DNA from: Mytilus trossulus
Taxonomy: Eukaryota
NCBI RefSeq assembly: GCF_036588685.1
Contig: NC_086383.1
Location: 20,708,001 to 20,772,000, forward strand
Direction of reading: 5' to 3'
Length of the DNA stretch: 64,000 nt
The translations under genes were made by a program, and so were the position numbers. Below are positions 51,981-64,000 of this stretch, piece by piece (within the stretch, counting starts at the first letter, position 1; each line of letters starts with the position of its first letter). Below the pieces are notes generated by a model. It searched no databases. It saw nothing but the letters and a program-made list of their open reading frames with translations, and was not told the origin of the DNA.

Positions 51981-52763
51981 TCATTGCTGTTTGGATGTCT
52001 GGTAACTAGGTGCAGAAGCTGTGGCTGACTTGAAGTTGAGTGGGCAGTTTCTTTTCCAGTGACCATACTGCTTGCAGTAGTGACAGATGTCCATGGGGCA
52101 CGGCTCACGCCGTGCAGTGCTGGTACGAAAGGGCTGTTGATATCGACTGAAGTCGTAAGCTGGAGGAGGAGCAGTGGCAGTAGCGATACTCCCAACTGCT
52201 GGAGAAGGTCTAGCTGTATACGGCTGTGGGCGGGTCTTTTTCTCCTTAATAGTTTTGAGGGCTCTAGTCTCAGCCTGGCGAATCTTTTTCTCGTCCTCGT
52301 CATTTTCAGCGATATCGTTACTTTCATATTCTCTAACCGTAGCCCATCCCCCAGTGGAGTTATCAGCGACCCTGATGAGTTTGTTTCTTTCTTTAAGTTT
52401 ACATACCAAATCACCAGTAATAGAAGAAAAGGGAGAAGCAACAGATACGAGATCCTTGTGGATTTTGTTAAGGCCATCCAAAATGTTCTCATTAAATCGA
52501 AACTGAATACGGTTCCCTTCTGATTTGAACTTAATATTAGCCTCATTTCTGAATTTCTTAGATAAATTGTCTTGTTCTGACAGAATGTCGGACTTCAAAT
52601 CAACAAGTTTCTTATCCAAATAGTCTTTAAAAAGGCCAAAAGTGTCTACTAAGTCACGGTTTTGATTAGCTTGTGAATTTGAAGCATTAAGACGTTCGGG
52701 TTGACCATGTAAGGGGTCCTTTAACAAATCTTCTTCATTCAGATCGAGCACTGGTTCGGACAT
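51981..52763 (-). CDS. gag of the YR retrotransposon, copy 2
   Basis: Near-identical to copy 1; CCHC knuckle. Confidence 0.85.
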   Translation of the reverse strand: MSEPVLDLNEEDLLKDPLHGQPERLNASNSQANQNRDLVDTFGLFKDYLDKKLVDLKSDILSEQDNLSKKFRNEANIKFKSEGNRIQFRFNENILDGLNKIHKDLVSVASPFSSITGDLVCKLKERNKLIRVADNSTGGWATVREYESNDIAENDEDEKKIRQAETRALKTIKEKKTRPQPYTARPSPAVGSIATATAPPPAYDFSRYQQPFRTSTARREPCPMDICHYCKQYGHWKRNCPLNFKSATASAPSYQTSKQQ

Positions 52764-53163
52764 ATCTTTACCTAAACTAAGCTGCCATACCTTGTATGCG
52801 TGTCTTGTATTTGTATATTTAACAATGGCACTCAATTGTGCGTTTTTTTAATTTTTTTTTATTGTTGTTAGATATACTAACCATGAGATATTGAATATTG
52901 ATTTGGCATAATTTTGCCCCTAGATGTCTTTTTTTTTGTATTTTTTTTACTTTGGATTGATGTCTCATATAAGTCAACCCCTTTTCGAAAGAAGTATTAT
53001 GTTAACGTCGTTACAAAACTTTGAGTTTTTGAAAAACTAAGGCTTTTCTACCTCAGGAATAGATTGCCTTAGCTGTATTTGGCTAAACTTTTTTGAATTT
53101 TTGGTCCACAATACTCTTTAACTTCGTACCTTATTAGACCCTTAAAACATTTTTTTATTCGAA

Positions 53164-53205
53164 CGTCACTGATGAGCCTTTTTGAGACGAAACGTGCGTC
53201 TGGCG
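53164..53205 (+). ncRNA. Hammerhead ribozyme motif (segmental copy 3)
   Basis: Same sequence as 43508-43549. Confidence 0.65.
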
Positions 53206-53540
53206 TAATCATAGAATTTTAATCCAGATATCTATGATGATTTTATTCATAAAGTTAATGTCCATTGTAGATAATAACACAAAAATCAGATTCATTGAAT
53301 TTTGAAAAAAAGTACATTTTCATAGTACGAAAAAAAATCATTAATTAGATATAAGAATATTTGGTATGAGTGCCAATGAGACATCTCTCCATTATTGTCA
53401 CACTTATTGAAAGTAAACCACTACATTTTAGGTATAGGTACTGTTTTAAACCCAGAACCATTAAACATGTGTTACGAGATATAATGGACATTTTGTCAAT
53501 ATCAAAGCCTATTTTTTTTTATCTTGTATGCAGGTATTTA

Positions 53541-53762
53541 ATGAGTCTTGGTGAAGATGGATGGTATTTTCAAGAAGAAATCAAACGACATATTTTCAAA
53601 AAAAGTCATCGACGTATTTGAGAACAAATCAGACAACGGCGGCATAGATGTCTTTAAGACGAAAGAAGATATCTTTGAAAACCCAGGCTGTCAAGCTAAC
53701 ATTTCCCAGGAGACAAAGAGACAGAATATCATGAACCAACAGTAAAAGATAAACCACTTCAG
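53541..53762 (+). pseudogene. Disrupted first exon of the small orphan gene (copy 3)
   Basis: Same extra base, a 21-bp deletion and a further frameshift; no second exon. Confidence 0.45.
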
Positions 53763-53986
53763 GTAAATATACTTACTAGAATAAACCCCTTCATGTGTAT
53801 GTACTTTCTAGAATAAACCCCTTCAGGTGTATGTACTTACTAGAATAAAACCCTTCAGGTGTATGTACTTACTAGAATTAACCCCTCCAGGTGCATGTAC
53901 TAATTAGAATAAACCTCTTCAGGTGTATGTACTTACTAGAATAAACCTCTTCAGGTGTATGTACTTACTAGAATAAACTACTCCGG
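53751..53986 (+). repeat. 32-bp minisatellite, ~7 units (copy 3)
   Basis: Same unit, shorter array. Confidence 0.9.
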
Positions 53987-54575
53987 GCAGGGTTTCCTCT
54001 GGCGCCATTTTCGCAATTTGCGAAAAAAATAATAATTGTGGCGATAAAAGTTCGTCATTTGCGAAAGAATTTGGCGAAAGAAATATATAGAACGATTTAT
54101 TTTCCTCCATCTTGTTTATTTACTTTTTTCGAGTTTCTCGGATTTTACCCGATCAGACAATACTCGGAAATCACCTTGACCTCATTAACGTCTGGACAGA
54201 AAATGAATAATCAGCTGATTACATTTTATTTCTATCGACAACAAAGGACTATATTAATAAAGGTGTTGATTGAATTGTTTGACAAAATGATATGGTTAAA
54301 TGGCTTCTGCTAAATGTCACATATAGAATTTATTTACCACTTTGCGACGCACGTGTTTGAAGCAAACTTTTGACTTCTCCTCTGCTTTTAAAGATAGTTT
54401 AGAAGAGAAAGCTGTTGTTGTGACGAAAAATGTCCAAAAGCTTGAAACACGTGCGTCACTCAAACGACTTTAAAAACGTCTTCCTAATCAATTACCGATA
54501 TTTAAGTCAAAGGATAATTAAATTTTTAAAGTTTTAAATCCGAGATATTTCTTGCTTTTGGACATTTTTCGTCAC

Positions 54576-57500
54576 ATATTACAGGACTTAAATGTCGAAA
54601 TACGCGTGAAAGTTAAGAAATAGCCAATTTTGAATAATGAAATGGACTGCCGCGACCTTTTAGCCCCTTATTATAAATAAACTTTATACCTCATTCGAAA
54701 TCGTATAACAAGAGGAACAAAATGTATATAGTCAACATATTCCGCAACGCATATTAGAGGACTTAAATGTCGAAATACGCGTGGAAGTTAAGAAATAGCC
54801 AATTTTGAATAATGAAATGGATATTTTGAATAATGAAATGGACTGCCGCGACCTTTTAGTCCCTAATTATAGATAAACTTTATACCTCATTCGAAAGCTT
54901 TTTTTTTGGGAGGAACAAAATGTATATAGTCAACGTGTTCCGCAACGCATATTAGAGGACTTAAATGTCGAAATACGTGTGAAAGTTAAGAAATAGCCAA
55001 TTTTGAATAATGAAATGGATATTTTGAATAGTGGAATAGACTGCTGCGACCCTTTAGCCCCTAATTATAGATAGATTTTATACCTCATTCGAAATCTTAT
55101 AACGAGAGATACAAAATGTATATAGTCAGCATGTTCCGCAACGCATATTACAGGACTCAAATGTCGAAATACGCGTGAAAGTTAAGAAATAACCAATTTT
55201 GAATAATGAAATGGATATTTTGAATAATGGAATGGACTGCTGCGACCCTTTAACCCCTAATTATAGATAAACCTTATACCTCTTTCGAAAGCTTATCACG
55301 AGAGGAACAAAATGTTTATAGTCAACATGTTCCGCAACGCATATTAGAGGACTTAAATGTCGAAATACGCGTGAAAATTAGGAAATAGCCAATTTTGAAT
55401 AATGAAATGGATATTTTGAATAATGGAATGGACTGCTGCGACCTTTTAGCTCCTAATTATAGATAAACTTTATACCTCATTCGAAAGCTTATTTTGGGAG
55501 AAACAAAAAGTATATAGTCAACATGTTCCGCAAATTATATTACAGGACTTACATGTCGAAATACGCGAGAAAATTAAGAAATAGCCAATTTTGAATAATG
55601 AAATGGATATTTTGAATAAGGGAATGGACTGCTGCGACCTTTTAGTCCCTAATTGTAGATAAAATTTATACCTAATTCGAAAGCTTATAACGATAGGAAC
55701 AAAATGTTTATAGTCAACATGTTCCGCAATGCATATTACAGGACTTAAATGTCGAAATACGCGTGAAAATTAAGAAATAACCAATTTTGAATAATGAAAT
55801 GGATATTTTAAATGATGGAATGGACTGCTGCGACCCTTCAGCCCCTAATTATAGATAAACTTTATACCTCATTCGAAAGCTTATAACAAGAGGAACAAAA
55901 TGTATATAGTCAACATGTTCTGCAACGCATATTAAAGGACTTAAAAATGTTGAAATACGCGTGAAAATTAAGAAATAGCCAATTTTGAATAATGAAATGG
56001 ATATTTTGAATAATGAAATGGACTGCTGCGACCCTTTAGCCCCTAATTATAGATAAACTTTATACCTCATTCGAAAGCTTATAACAAGAGAAACAAAATG
56101 TAAATAGTCAACATGTTCCGCAACGCATATTAAAGGACTTAAATGTTGAAATACGCGTGAAAGTAAAGAAATAGCCAATTTTGAATAATGAAATGGATAT
56201 TTTGAATATTGGAATGGACTGCTGCGACCCTTTAGCCCCTAATTATAGATAAAATTTATACCTAATTCGAAAGCTTATAACGATAGGAACAAAATGTTTA
56301 TAGTCAACATGTTCCGCAACGCATATTACAGGACTTAAATGTCGAAATACGCGTGAAAGTTAAGAAATAGCCAATTTTGAATAATGAAATGGATATTTTG
56401 AATAATGGAATGGAATGCTGCGACCCTTTAGCCCCTAATTATAGATAAACTTCATACCTTATTCGAAAGATTATAACAAGAGGAACAAAATGTTTATAGT
56501 CAACATGTTCAGCAACGCATATTACAGGGCATAAATGTCGAAATACGCGTGAAAATTAAGAAATAGCCAATTTTGAATAATGAAATGGATATTTTGAATA
56601 ATGGAATGGACTGCCGTGACCTTTTAACCCCTAATTATAGATAAATTTTATACCTCATTCGAAAGCTTATTTTGGGAGGAACAAAATGTATATAGTCAAC
56701 ATGTTCCGCAACGCATATTAGAGGACTTAAATATCGAAATACGTGTGAAAGTTAAGAAATTGCCAATTTTGAATAATGAAATGGATATTTTGAATAATGG
56801 AATGGACTGCTGCGACCCTTTAGCCCCTACTGAAAGATAGACTTTATTCCTCAATCGAAAGCTTATAACGAGAGTAACAAAATGTTTATAGTCAACATGT
56901 TCCGCAACGCATATTACAGGACTCAAATGTCGAAATACGCGTGAAAGTTAAGAAATAGCCAATTTTGAATAATGAAATGGATATTTTGAATAATGGAATG
57001 GACTGCCACGACCCTTTAACCCCTAATTATAGATAAACCTTATACTTCATTCGAAAGCTTATCACGAGAGGAACAAAATGTTTATAGTCAACATGTTCCG
57101 CAACGCATATTAGAGGACTTAAATGTCGAAATACGCGTGAAAATTAGGAAATAGCCAATTTTGAATAATGAAATGGATATTTTGAATAATGGAATGGACT
57201 GCTGCGACCTTTTAGCCCCTTATTATAGATTTACTTTATACCTCATTCGAAAGCTTATTTTGGGAGGAACAAAATGTATATAGTCAACATGTTCCGCAAA
57301 TTATTTTACAGGTTTTTTATGTCGAAATACGCGTGAAAATTAAGAAATAGCCAATTTTGAATAATGAAATGGATATTTTGAATAATGGAATGGACTGCTG
57401 CGACCTTTTAGCCCCTTATTATAGATATACTTTATATCTCATTCGAAAGCTTATTTTGGGAGGAACAAAATGTATATAGTCAACATGTTCCGCAATGCAT

Positions 57501-60030
57501 AATAGGGGACTTAAATGTCGAAATACGCGTGAAAGTTAAAAAATAGCCAATTTTGAATAATGAAATGGATATTTTGAATAATGGAATGGACTGCTGCGAC
57601 CCTTTAGCCCCTAATTATAGATAAAATTTATACCTAATTCGAAAGCTTATAACGATAGGAACAAAATGTTTATAGTCAACATGTTCCGCAACGCATATTA
57701 CAGGACTTAAATGTCAAAATACGCGTGAAAGTTAAGAAATAGCCAATTTTGAATAATGAAATGGATATTTTGAATAATGGAATGGAATGCTGCGACCCTT
57801 TAGCCCCTAATTATAGATAAACTTCATACCTCATTCGAGAGTTTATAACAAGAGGAACAAAATGTTTAAAGTCAACATGTTCAGCAACGCATATTACAGG
57901 ACATAAATGTCGAAATACGCGTGAAAATTAAGAAATAGCCAATTTTGAATAATGAAATGGATATTTTGAACAATGGAATGGACTGCCGCGACCTTTAAGC
58001 CCCTAATTAAAGATAAATTTTATACCTCATTCGAAAGCTTATTTTGGGAGGAACAAAATGTATATAGTCAACATGTTCCGCAACGCATATTAGAGGACTT
58101 AAATATCGAAATACGCGTGAAAGTTAAGAAATTGCCAATTTTGAATAATGAACTGGATATTTTGAATAATGGAATGGACTGCTGCGACCCTTTAGCCCCT
58201 ACTGAAAGATAGACTTTATACCTCAATCGAAAGCTTATAACGAGAGTAACAAAATGTTTATAGTCAAAATGTTCCGCAACGCATATTACAGGACTCAAAT
58301 GTCGAAATACGCGTGAAAGTTAAGAAATAGCCAATTTTGAATAATGAAATGGATATTTTGAATAATGGAATGGACTGCCACGACCCTTTAACCCCTAATT
58401 ATAGATAAACCTTATACTTCATTCGAAAGCTTATCACGAGAGGAACAAAATGTTTATAGTCAACATGTTCCGCAAATTATATTACAGGACTTACATGTCG
58501 AAATACGCGTGAAAATTTAGAAATAACCAATTTTGAATAATGAAATGGATATTTTGAATAATGGAATGGACTGCTGCGACCCTTTTAGCCCCTAATTATA
58601 GATAAACTTTATATCTCATTCGAAAGCTTATTACGAGAGGAACAAAATGTATATAGTCAACATTTTCCGCAACGCATATTAGAGGACTCAAATGTCGAAA
58701 TACGCGTGAAAATTAAGAAATAGCCAATTTTGAATAATGAAATGGATATTTTGAATAATGGAATGGACTGCTGCGACCCTTAAGCCACTAATTATAGATA
58801 AACTTTATACCTTATTCGAAAGCTTATAAAAAGAGAAACAAAATGTATATAGTCATATGTTCCACAACGCATATTAGAGGACTAAAATGTCGAAATACGC
58901 GTGAAAATTAGGAAATAGCCAATTTTGAATAATGAAATGGATATTTTGAATAATGAAATGGACTGCTGCGACCTTTTAGCCCCTAATTATAGATATACTT
59001 TATATCTCATTCGAAAGCTTATTTTGGGAGGAACAAAATGTATATAGTCAACATGTTCCGCAAATTATATTACAGGACTTACATGTCGAAATACGCGTGA
59101 AAATTTAGAAATAACCAATTTTGAATAATGAAATGGATATTTTGAATAATGGAATGGACTGCTGCGACCCTTTTAGCCCCTAATTATAGATAAACTTTAT
59201 ATCTCATTCGAAAGCTTATTACGAGAGGAACAAAATGTATATAGTCAACATTTTCCGCAACGCATATTAGAGGACTCAAATGTCGAAATACGCGTGAAAA
59301 TTAAGAAATAGCCAATTTTGAATAATGAAATGGATATTTTGAATAATGGAATGGACTGCTGCGACCCTTAAGCCACTAATTATAGATAAACTTTATACCT
59401 TATTCGAAAGCTTATAAAAAGAGAAACAAAATGTAGATAGTCATATGTTCCACAACGCATATTAGAGGACTAAAATGTCGAAATACGCGTGAAAGTTAAG
59501 AAATAGCCAATTTTGAATAATGAAATGGATATTTTGAATAATGGAATGGACTGCCGCGACCTGTTAGCGCCTAATTATAGATAAACCTTATACCTCGTTC
59601 GAAAGCTTATTACGAGAGAAACAAAATGTATATAGTCAACATTTTCCGCAACGCATATTAGAGGACTCAAATGTCGAAATATGTTGCGACCCTTTAGCAT
59701 CTAATTATAGATAAACTTTTTACCTCATTCGAAAGCTTATTTCGAGAGGAAAAACATATTTATAGTCAACAAGTTCCACAACGCATATTAGAGAAGTAAC
59801 GAACGACCTAAATATCGAAATACGCTTGAACATTAAGAAATAGCTTATTTTGATTAATGGAATGGACTACTACAGCCCTTCAGCCCTTAAATTTTATACT
59901 CCAAATTAAAGCGTATTGATAGAGGAATAACTTGGGTATAAATGATATGTGCCGCAATGACCATTAGAGGGGTTACGGAGGACCTACATGCCAAAATACG
60001 CATGAAAATAAAGAAATAGCCAATTTTGAA
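54576..60030 (+). repeat. Satellite array, 196-bp monomer, ~28 units, with higher-order repeats
   Basis: Equivalent positions at 54960, 55156, 55352 and 55548; internal 21-bp duplication ATTTTGAATAATGRAATGGA; diagnostic variants recur at 1372 bp and ~588 bp. Confidence 0.95.
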
Positions 60031-60759
60031 ATCGTTTCTCGATTTTCTTATTTCTTATAAGGATTGTAGGATCAAAAGTGTTCGAATATATATGTTTTGT
60101 AGGCCCGAAAACTGGGTCTAAACAGGAAATTTGGAATGGTGGTTTTGGGGTGACCTAAATTGATTTGTTTTGTTATGATAAAGACATTGATCCAATAGTG
60201 AACATGGAGTTAGTAGTTGAAAACGTCAAATAAAGCCAAAATGAACCACCTTCGAGGGTAATCCCGGTTGAGAGTTGATAGAAACGAAGACAAATCTTAA
60301 AATTCATCGTCGTCCCAAACCCTACACGAGGAGATTGTCAGGCAAAACAACTTGGGTTGAAAGGGGTTAGCAGGCTGATCGACTGCTAAAGAAGGTTCAG
60401 GAAAAGATTTTAGAAGATAGGAAAGCCATTGCGGATAAAATTGAGGTATATTCGACGAAAAAAACGTTTAAAGATTTATTTACTACCTGGAATATGACCC
60501 CGCTTATTGACATGGACGTGCATACCTCCCTTATGGTCTCTCTGATGTCACGGATGGAAGTAAAAGACGATTGGGCGTTTTAAGGGGCAAAACAATGTGA
60601 TCATGCACTATATGTACCTTTGTAAATATTAATCCAACAGGTAAGGCGGATGATGAGAACGAGGGATACTTTCACTCGGGAAACTAGATTTTCACCGCGG
60701 CCACAGACTTTGTTGAAACCCTTGAGGAGATGGATAAAAAGATCGTAGAAGGCCAATTG

Positions 60760-61395
60760 GACATATGACAAAACTAGGGAAATGGTGAATACTTCCTCGG
60801 TCCAGCGGGGGTGTATTCCTTCTCGAAAGTACCTTTCTTCTTCGGAAATTCGCGGTGGTTGAATGGGAGGGAAAGGTTCCAATACAAATTGTTTTTCATG
60901 CTCCTTATGACTTACGGCAACAGGGACCATCTTGATAGCGGTGTTTGTTGGTATTGTACTGGCGAACAAGATCGTCCAGGACATCGATATAGGTGCGTGT
61001 GGAGTTGGCTGAAAAGTTTCGAACGTTTGACAATACTCGAATACTCTTCGTTCCCGCTGAAGTAGATATCGATAACTTACTTTTGAATCAGCTGATTTAT
61101 GTGGTTGTTGTAAAATTTTTGCCTTTGTCTGTCGATAGCTTCTTGGGCACACCGCTTGGAATGCATTCCGCACCGTCACCCCTTCTTTTTCTTGAGTGGT
61201 ATAATCCATCCATATTTGGAAAATACATCGATAATGCTCAGGATAAATTCATGTACCTTGTCCCTGGAAAAGTCACTCATATCAAAAAGGTCACCCGGCC
61301 AGGTCTCATTCACACCACCCACCGCTACACAGCGTTTATGAAACTAGCGTCCAACTGGTTTGTGAACCCCTCAGCTAGCTCATCGGTCCAGCGAA
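60760..61395 (-). pseudogene. Polinton-type retroviral-like integrase remnant
   Basis: Across frameshifts: WTDELAE..HKPV, ETWPGDLFDM, LSIIDVFSKYGWIIPLK, IKMVP, FREGIHPRWTEEVFTI. Confidence 0.8.
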
Positions 61396-61399
61396 CATT

Positions 61400-61860
61400 T
61401 TTTTTAACACCCAAAACGAATCTAACTTTGTTACTGAGGATGGGTCCGACGATGCTGCAGTCCAAGTGTTAAGCGAGGCTACATTGTAGCATAGCTTCGT
61501 GAACGATGGAGTTGTGTGCGGATGAATCATTGTACTGGGCATAACAAAGATCGTGGTGATATGCTGCCTCGTCAACTTGATTAATGGGTTTTGACCAAGC
61601 CTTCAGGGTGTCGTCGGGAAGTTATCGCTTTCTAAGTTAAGTCCCTGACCTGGTGAAGTTATGTCCGGGTAGATGCATTTCCATGGGTAATCGGTTGGTT
61701 AGATTGTTCATGAACCCTGTACCGGTTGTAGCAACAAACTCAGACATCTTGGCATCGCACACCTTGCAGTTGCCAATCTTCCACCGTCACCCGTTGCTGG
61801 TCATTACCTCGCTGGTGTCACCTGTGTCCATCTCCCTACGACTTTCACACAGAAAATCAT
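61400..61860 (-). pseudogene. Zinc-ribbon plus parvovirus-type phospholipase A2-like ORF remnant
   Basis: GNCKVCDAKMSEFV...EMHLPGHNFTRSGT*LRKR*LPDDTLKAWSKPINQVDEAAYHHDLCY (DxxAxxHDxxY motif). Confidence 0.75.
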
Positions 61861-61904
61861 CGCTATTTTATTTAATAAATGAACATTAAGGACATTGCAT
61901 AGAG

Positions 61905-62680
61905 TGCCAACGCCCACACGAGGAGTAATCACTACCTCCTACCTCAATGATCGACAAGACGGTCGATCATTGGGAAGTCGGACTGTGGTAAGACGACGCA
62001 GCTAAACAACCTATTCGTTTGCGATGGATGGCTCCGACTACAATCAATTGTTCGTCTTCGGACAATCCATTCACCAACCTATCTACCAGCTGTTGGAGCA
62101 AGCGCTGGAATAAAGCTTCCTCAAAGAAGATATCCGAGACCTCCTACAGTGCAGGGCAAGTCACCTTTCTCGTTGATCGATGTGGTCAACACCTTACTAC
62201 CACCACGACACCCAAGTATCGACACTTTTTTCTTCGAACAAGGAAGTGATGAACTATACCCCCGAGATTTAGGTATAAAGAATATCTGGACACAGTTCGA
62301 ATGGCCAATCGAATGCAATTTTGAGTGGATTCCAGTCGATATGAGGAGCATATTTTGAAAATGCGGTGGCGTGAATCTTCACCAGATCTAAAGCGGTGGA
62401 GGTGATTTCTACGCAAGGACCTCCACCATTATGGTAAGGTGGAGCAATTTTCTCAATCCCAATGCCCTGCCAAGACGATTTGAGGCCATCAGTGCACATA
62501 CCCATGACACGTGAATCTATCGAAGAAAAGGGATCCGTATCAGCTGTGTAATACCTTCATGTGCAACTCATAAATTAGGGCGTTCACACAAACGCTTAGG
62601 GTCGTGCAACAGCATTCGATCTATTAGATAAAGGACGTAAGTAGCAAGACACCAAACGGAAGTTTCAATCCAGTTATATG
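61905..62680 (+). pseudogene. Polinton packaging ATPase remnant
   Basis: IIGKSDCGKTT (Walker A, 61972-61998), then DYNQLFVFGQSIHQPIYQLL; multiple stops and frameshifts. Confidence 0.7.
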
Positions 62681-62779
62681 CAGCATCGTCTCGACAAGAC
62701 TGAACTTAGCTGGGACCTTTAAAAGGCGTTCAAGCCTGTGGTTGAGGCTCAGCGAGAGGCAGCTTCACAGATCATCGAA

Positions 62780-63270
62780 AATATGGTAGACCTTCCTACA
62801 GACAAACGCCAGTGGAACTGTAAGTTTGGAATAACACTTGTAGAATCACACTGTCGTATTCGGAAACCACAATCGATCTTACTCTTTCTCTGGATGGTCT
62901 TGTACAACCGCAGTTTTGTTTTCATCGGAAGGAAGGAAGGACATGCAGTAGCAGGATGGCATTGTAGTACGATCAGACTCAAAATACAATCGTGTTCGAC
63001 CACTGCCAGTTGCGAACTATCTACGTCACTCTCATCTCAGAACGCTACCCGGCGGTAGACTTCAATGCGAGTTTCACCCTAAGTGCAACGACGACTCTCG
63101 CCAGACTCTATCAACGTTGTCAATAGCATCAACACAGTCTTGGGATTCAAATGGCAGATTTACACGTTCGGTTTGATCACAAACGGCTATACAAGACGGG
63201 GAGCTCATTGTAAATATCATAAGAATCAACAGCATTCTTGGGAATAGTGATTTTAGTGCGGCGGCTACAC
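62780..63270 (+). pseudogene. Possible Polinton minor capsid (penton) remnant
   Basis: NSINTVLGF...IY and IVNIIRINSILGNSD resemble conserved blocks of Polinton minor capsid proteins. Confidence 0.5.
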
Positions 63271-64000
63271 GTATATTTTAGACGATTTGTACACATCCTG
63301 TTACACGCATGATATTTGGCATAGACCTTCCTCAACTACTAATATTACTCTTTCATATCAGAAACGGAGACATCTGCAAAAAATGTCTCACTTCCGGTAA
63401 AATCCAAAATTGCGGTTATCATACTTAAATTCGCCCTATATCGAAGGCTACTATGTGAAAAGGTATTATTATCATGCTACTAATATAAAATTAAGTACCA
63501 ACCTTTGTTATCTACTACCTTTGGCTAAATGATAGAGATTAATTGTCTTCAAAAACCCTACTTCTGGTATAGTCCAACATGGCGCACATACTACTAGAAT
63601 AAGCTAATTATTAGTGAGGGTAAATAAAATGTGTTTGAATGTATTGCTACTATCATTATATTGTGCAGAAAACCTTTCTTTTGTGTCTCTCGTGGATACA
63701 ATGTATAAGACATATCTCTTTAAAAACATTACTTCCGGTAATATCCCAAATTGTGAACATCGAAATATCCATTTTCTATTTCAACATTCAACTTTTTTCA
63801 AAATAAAAAGAAAACGCTTTTGTTGTGGGTTTTGTTTTCTAGTTCTCCACTAATTATTCTGATCTAAATTTTTAAATAACACTTCCTGTAAAAAAACATA
63901 TGGCGTAGTTTAAGAAATGAGTCCCCAAACCACATCTTTGATTTAAAGTTTTATATAGATTGATTAAAACAAAATAAAATTACTAAAACACTAAAAAAAT

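Larger units (their letters stand above)
43129..52786 (+). repeat. Tandem segmental repeat, copy 2 (9658 bp)
   Basis: Duplicated ORFs in the track (for example 42323-43177 and 51981-52835) and an identical junction sequence. Confidence 0.95.
47834..52786 (-). mobile_element. PAT-like (DIRS order) tyrosine-recombinase retrotransposon, copy 2, with B1-A2-B2 split direct repeats
   Basis: Same ORFs. 96-bp direct repeats at 47834-47929 and 48466-48561; A-repeat remnant TCTTTACCTAAACTAAGYTGCC at 48160-48181 and 52765-52786. Confidence 0.9.
52787..54575 (+). repeat. Tandem segmental repeat, copy 3 (partial, ends at the satellite)
   Basis: Matches ~33927-36076 with a shorter minisatellite, then switches abruptly to satellite after ...TTTTTCGTCACA. 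Confidence 0.9.
60200..63270. mobile_element. Decayed Polinton/Maverick (adintovirus-like) endogenous element fragment
   Basis: Higher-GC block containing remnants of integrase, PLA2-like protein, packaging ATPase and minor capsid protein. Boundaries are approximate. Confidence 0.75.

Noticed and set aside
56696-58298. Short ORFs inside the satellite
   Set aside because: Chance open frames in 196-bp monomers; their duplication only reflects the 1372-bp higher-order repeat.

Overview
AT-rich eukaryotic DNA with GT-AG introns. The repeat families point to a bivalve mollusc, probably Mytilus; this is my inference. The main host gene spans ~8.0-21.5 kb on the + strand. I can join seven exons in consistent phase into a ~1802-aa protein: divergent death-effector-like N-terminus, HEPN-type domain with an intact R-x4-H motif (RNEWAH), coiled coil, nSTAND3-type P-loop NTPase, and ~25 ankyrin repeats. 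This is an NLR/Avs-like sensor-switch-effector architecture that the ORF track only shows in pieces. Scattered through the window are ~360-bp retrozyme-like repeats carrying minimal type I hammerhead ribozymes (one fully intact at 27125-27166), Penelope-like and L1/Tx1-like fragments, and several MITEs. From 33.9 to 54.6 kb there is a ~9.2-9.7 kb tandem segmental repeat (two full copies and one partial). Each full copy holds a small two-exon orphan gene, a 32-bp minisatellite, a hAT-end foldback and a PAT-like tyrosine-recombinase retrotransposon with split direct repeats. A 196-bp satellite array with higher-order repeats follows (54.6-60.0 kb). After it lies a decayed Polinton/Maverick (adintovirus-like) relic with integrase, PLA2-like, packaging ATPase and minor capsid remnants. 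All family assignments come from reading motifs by eye; no database searches were run.
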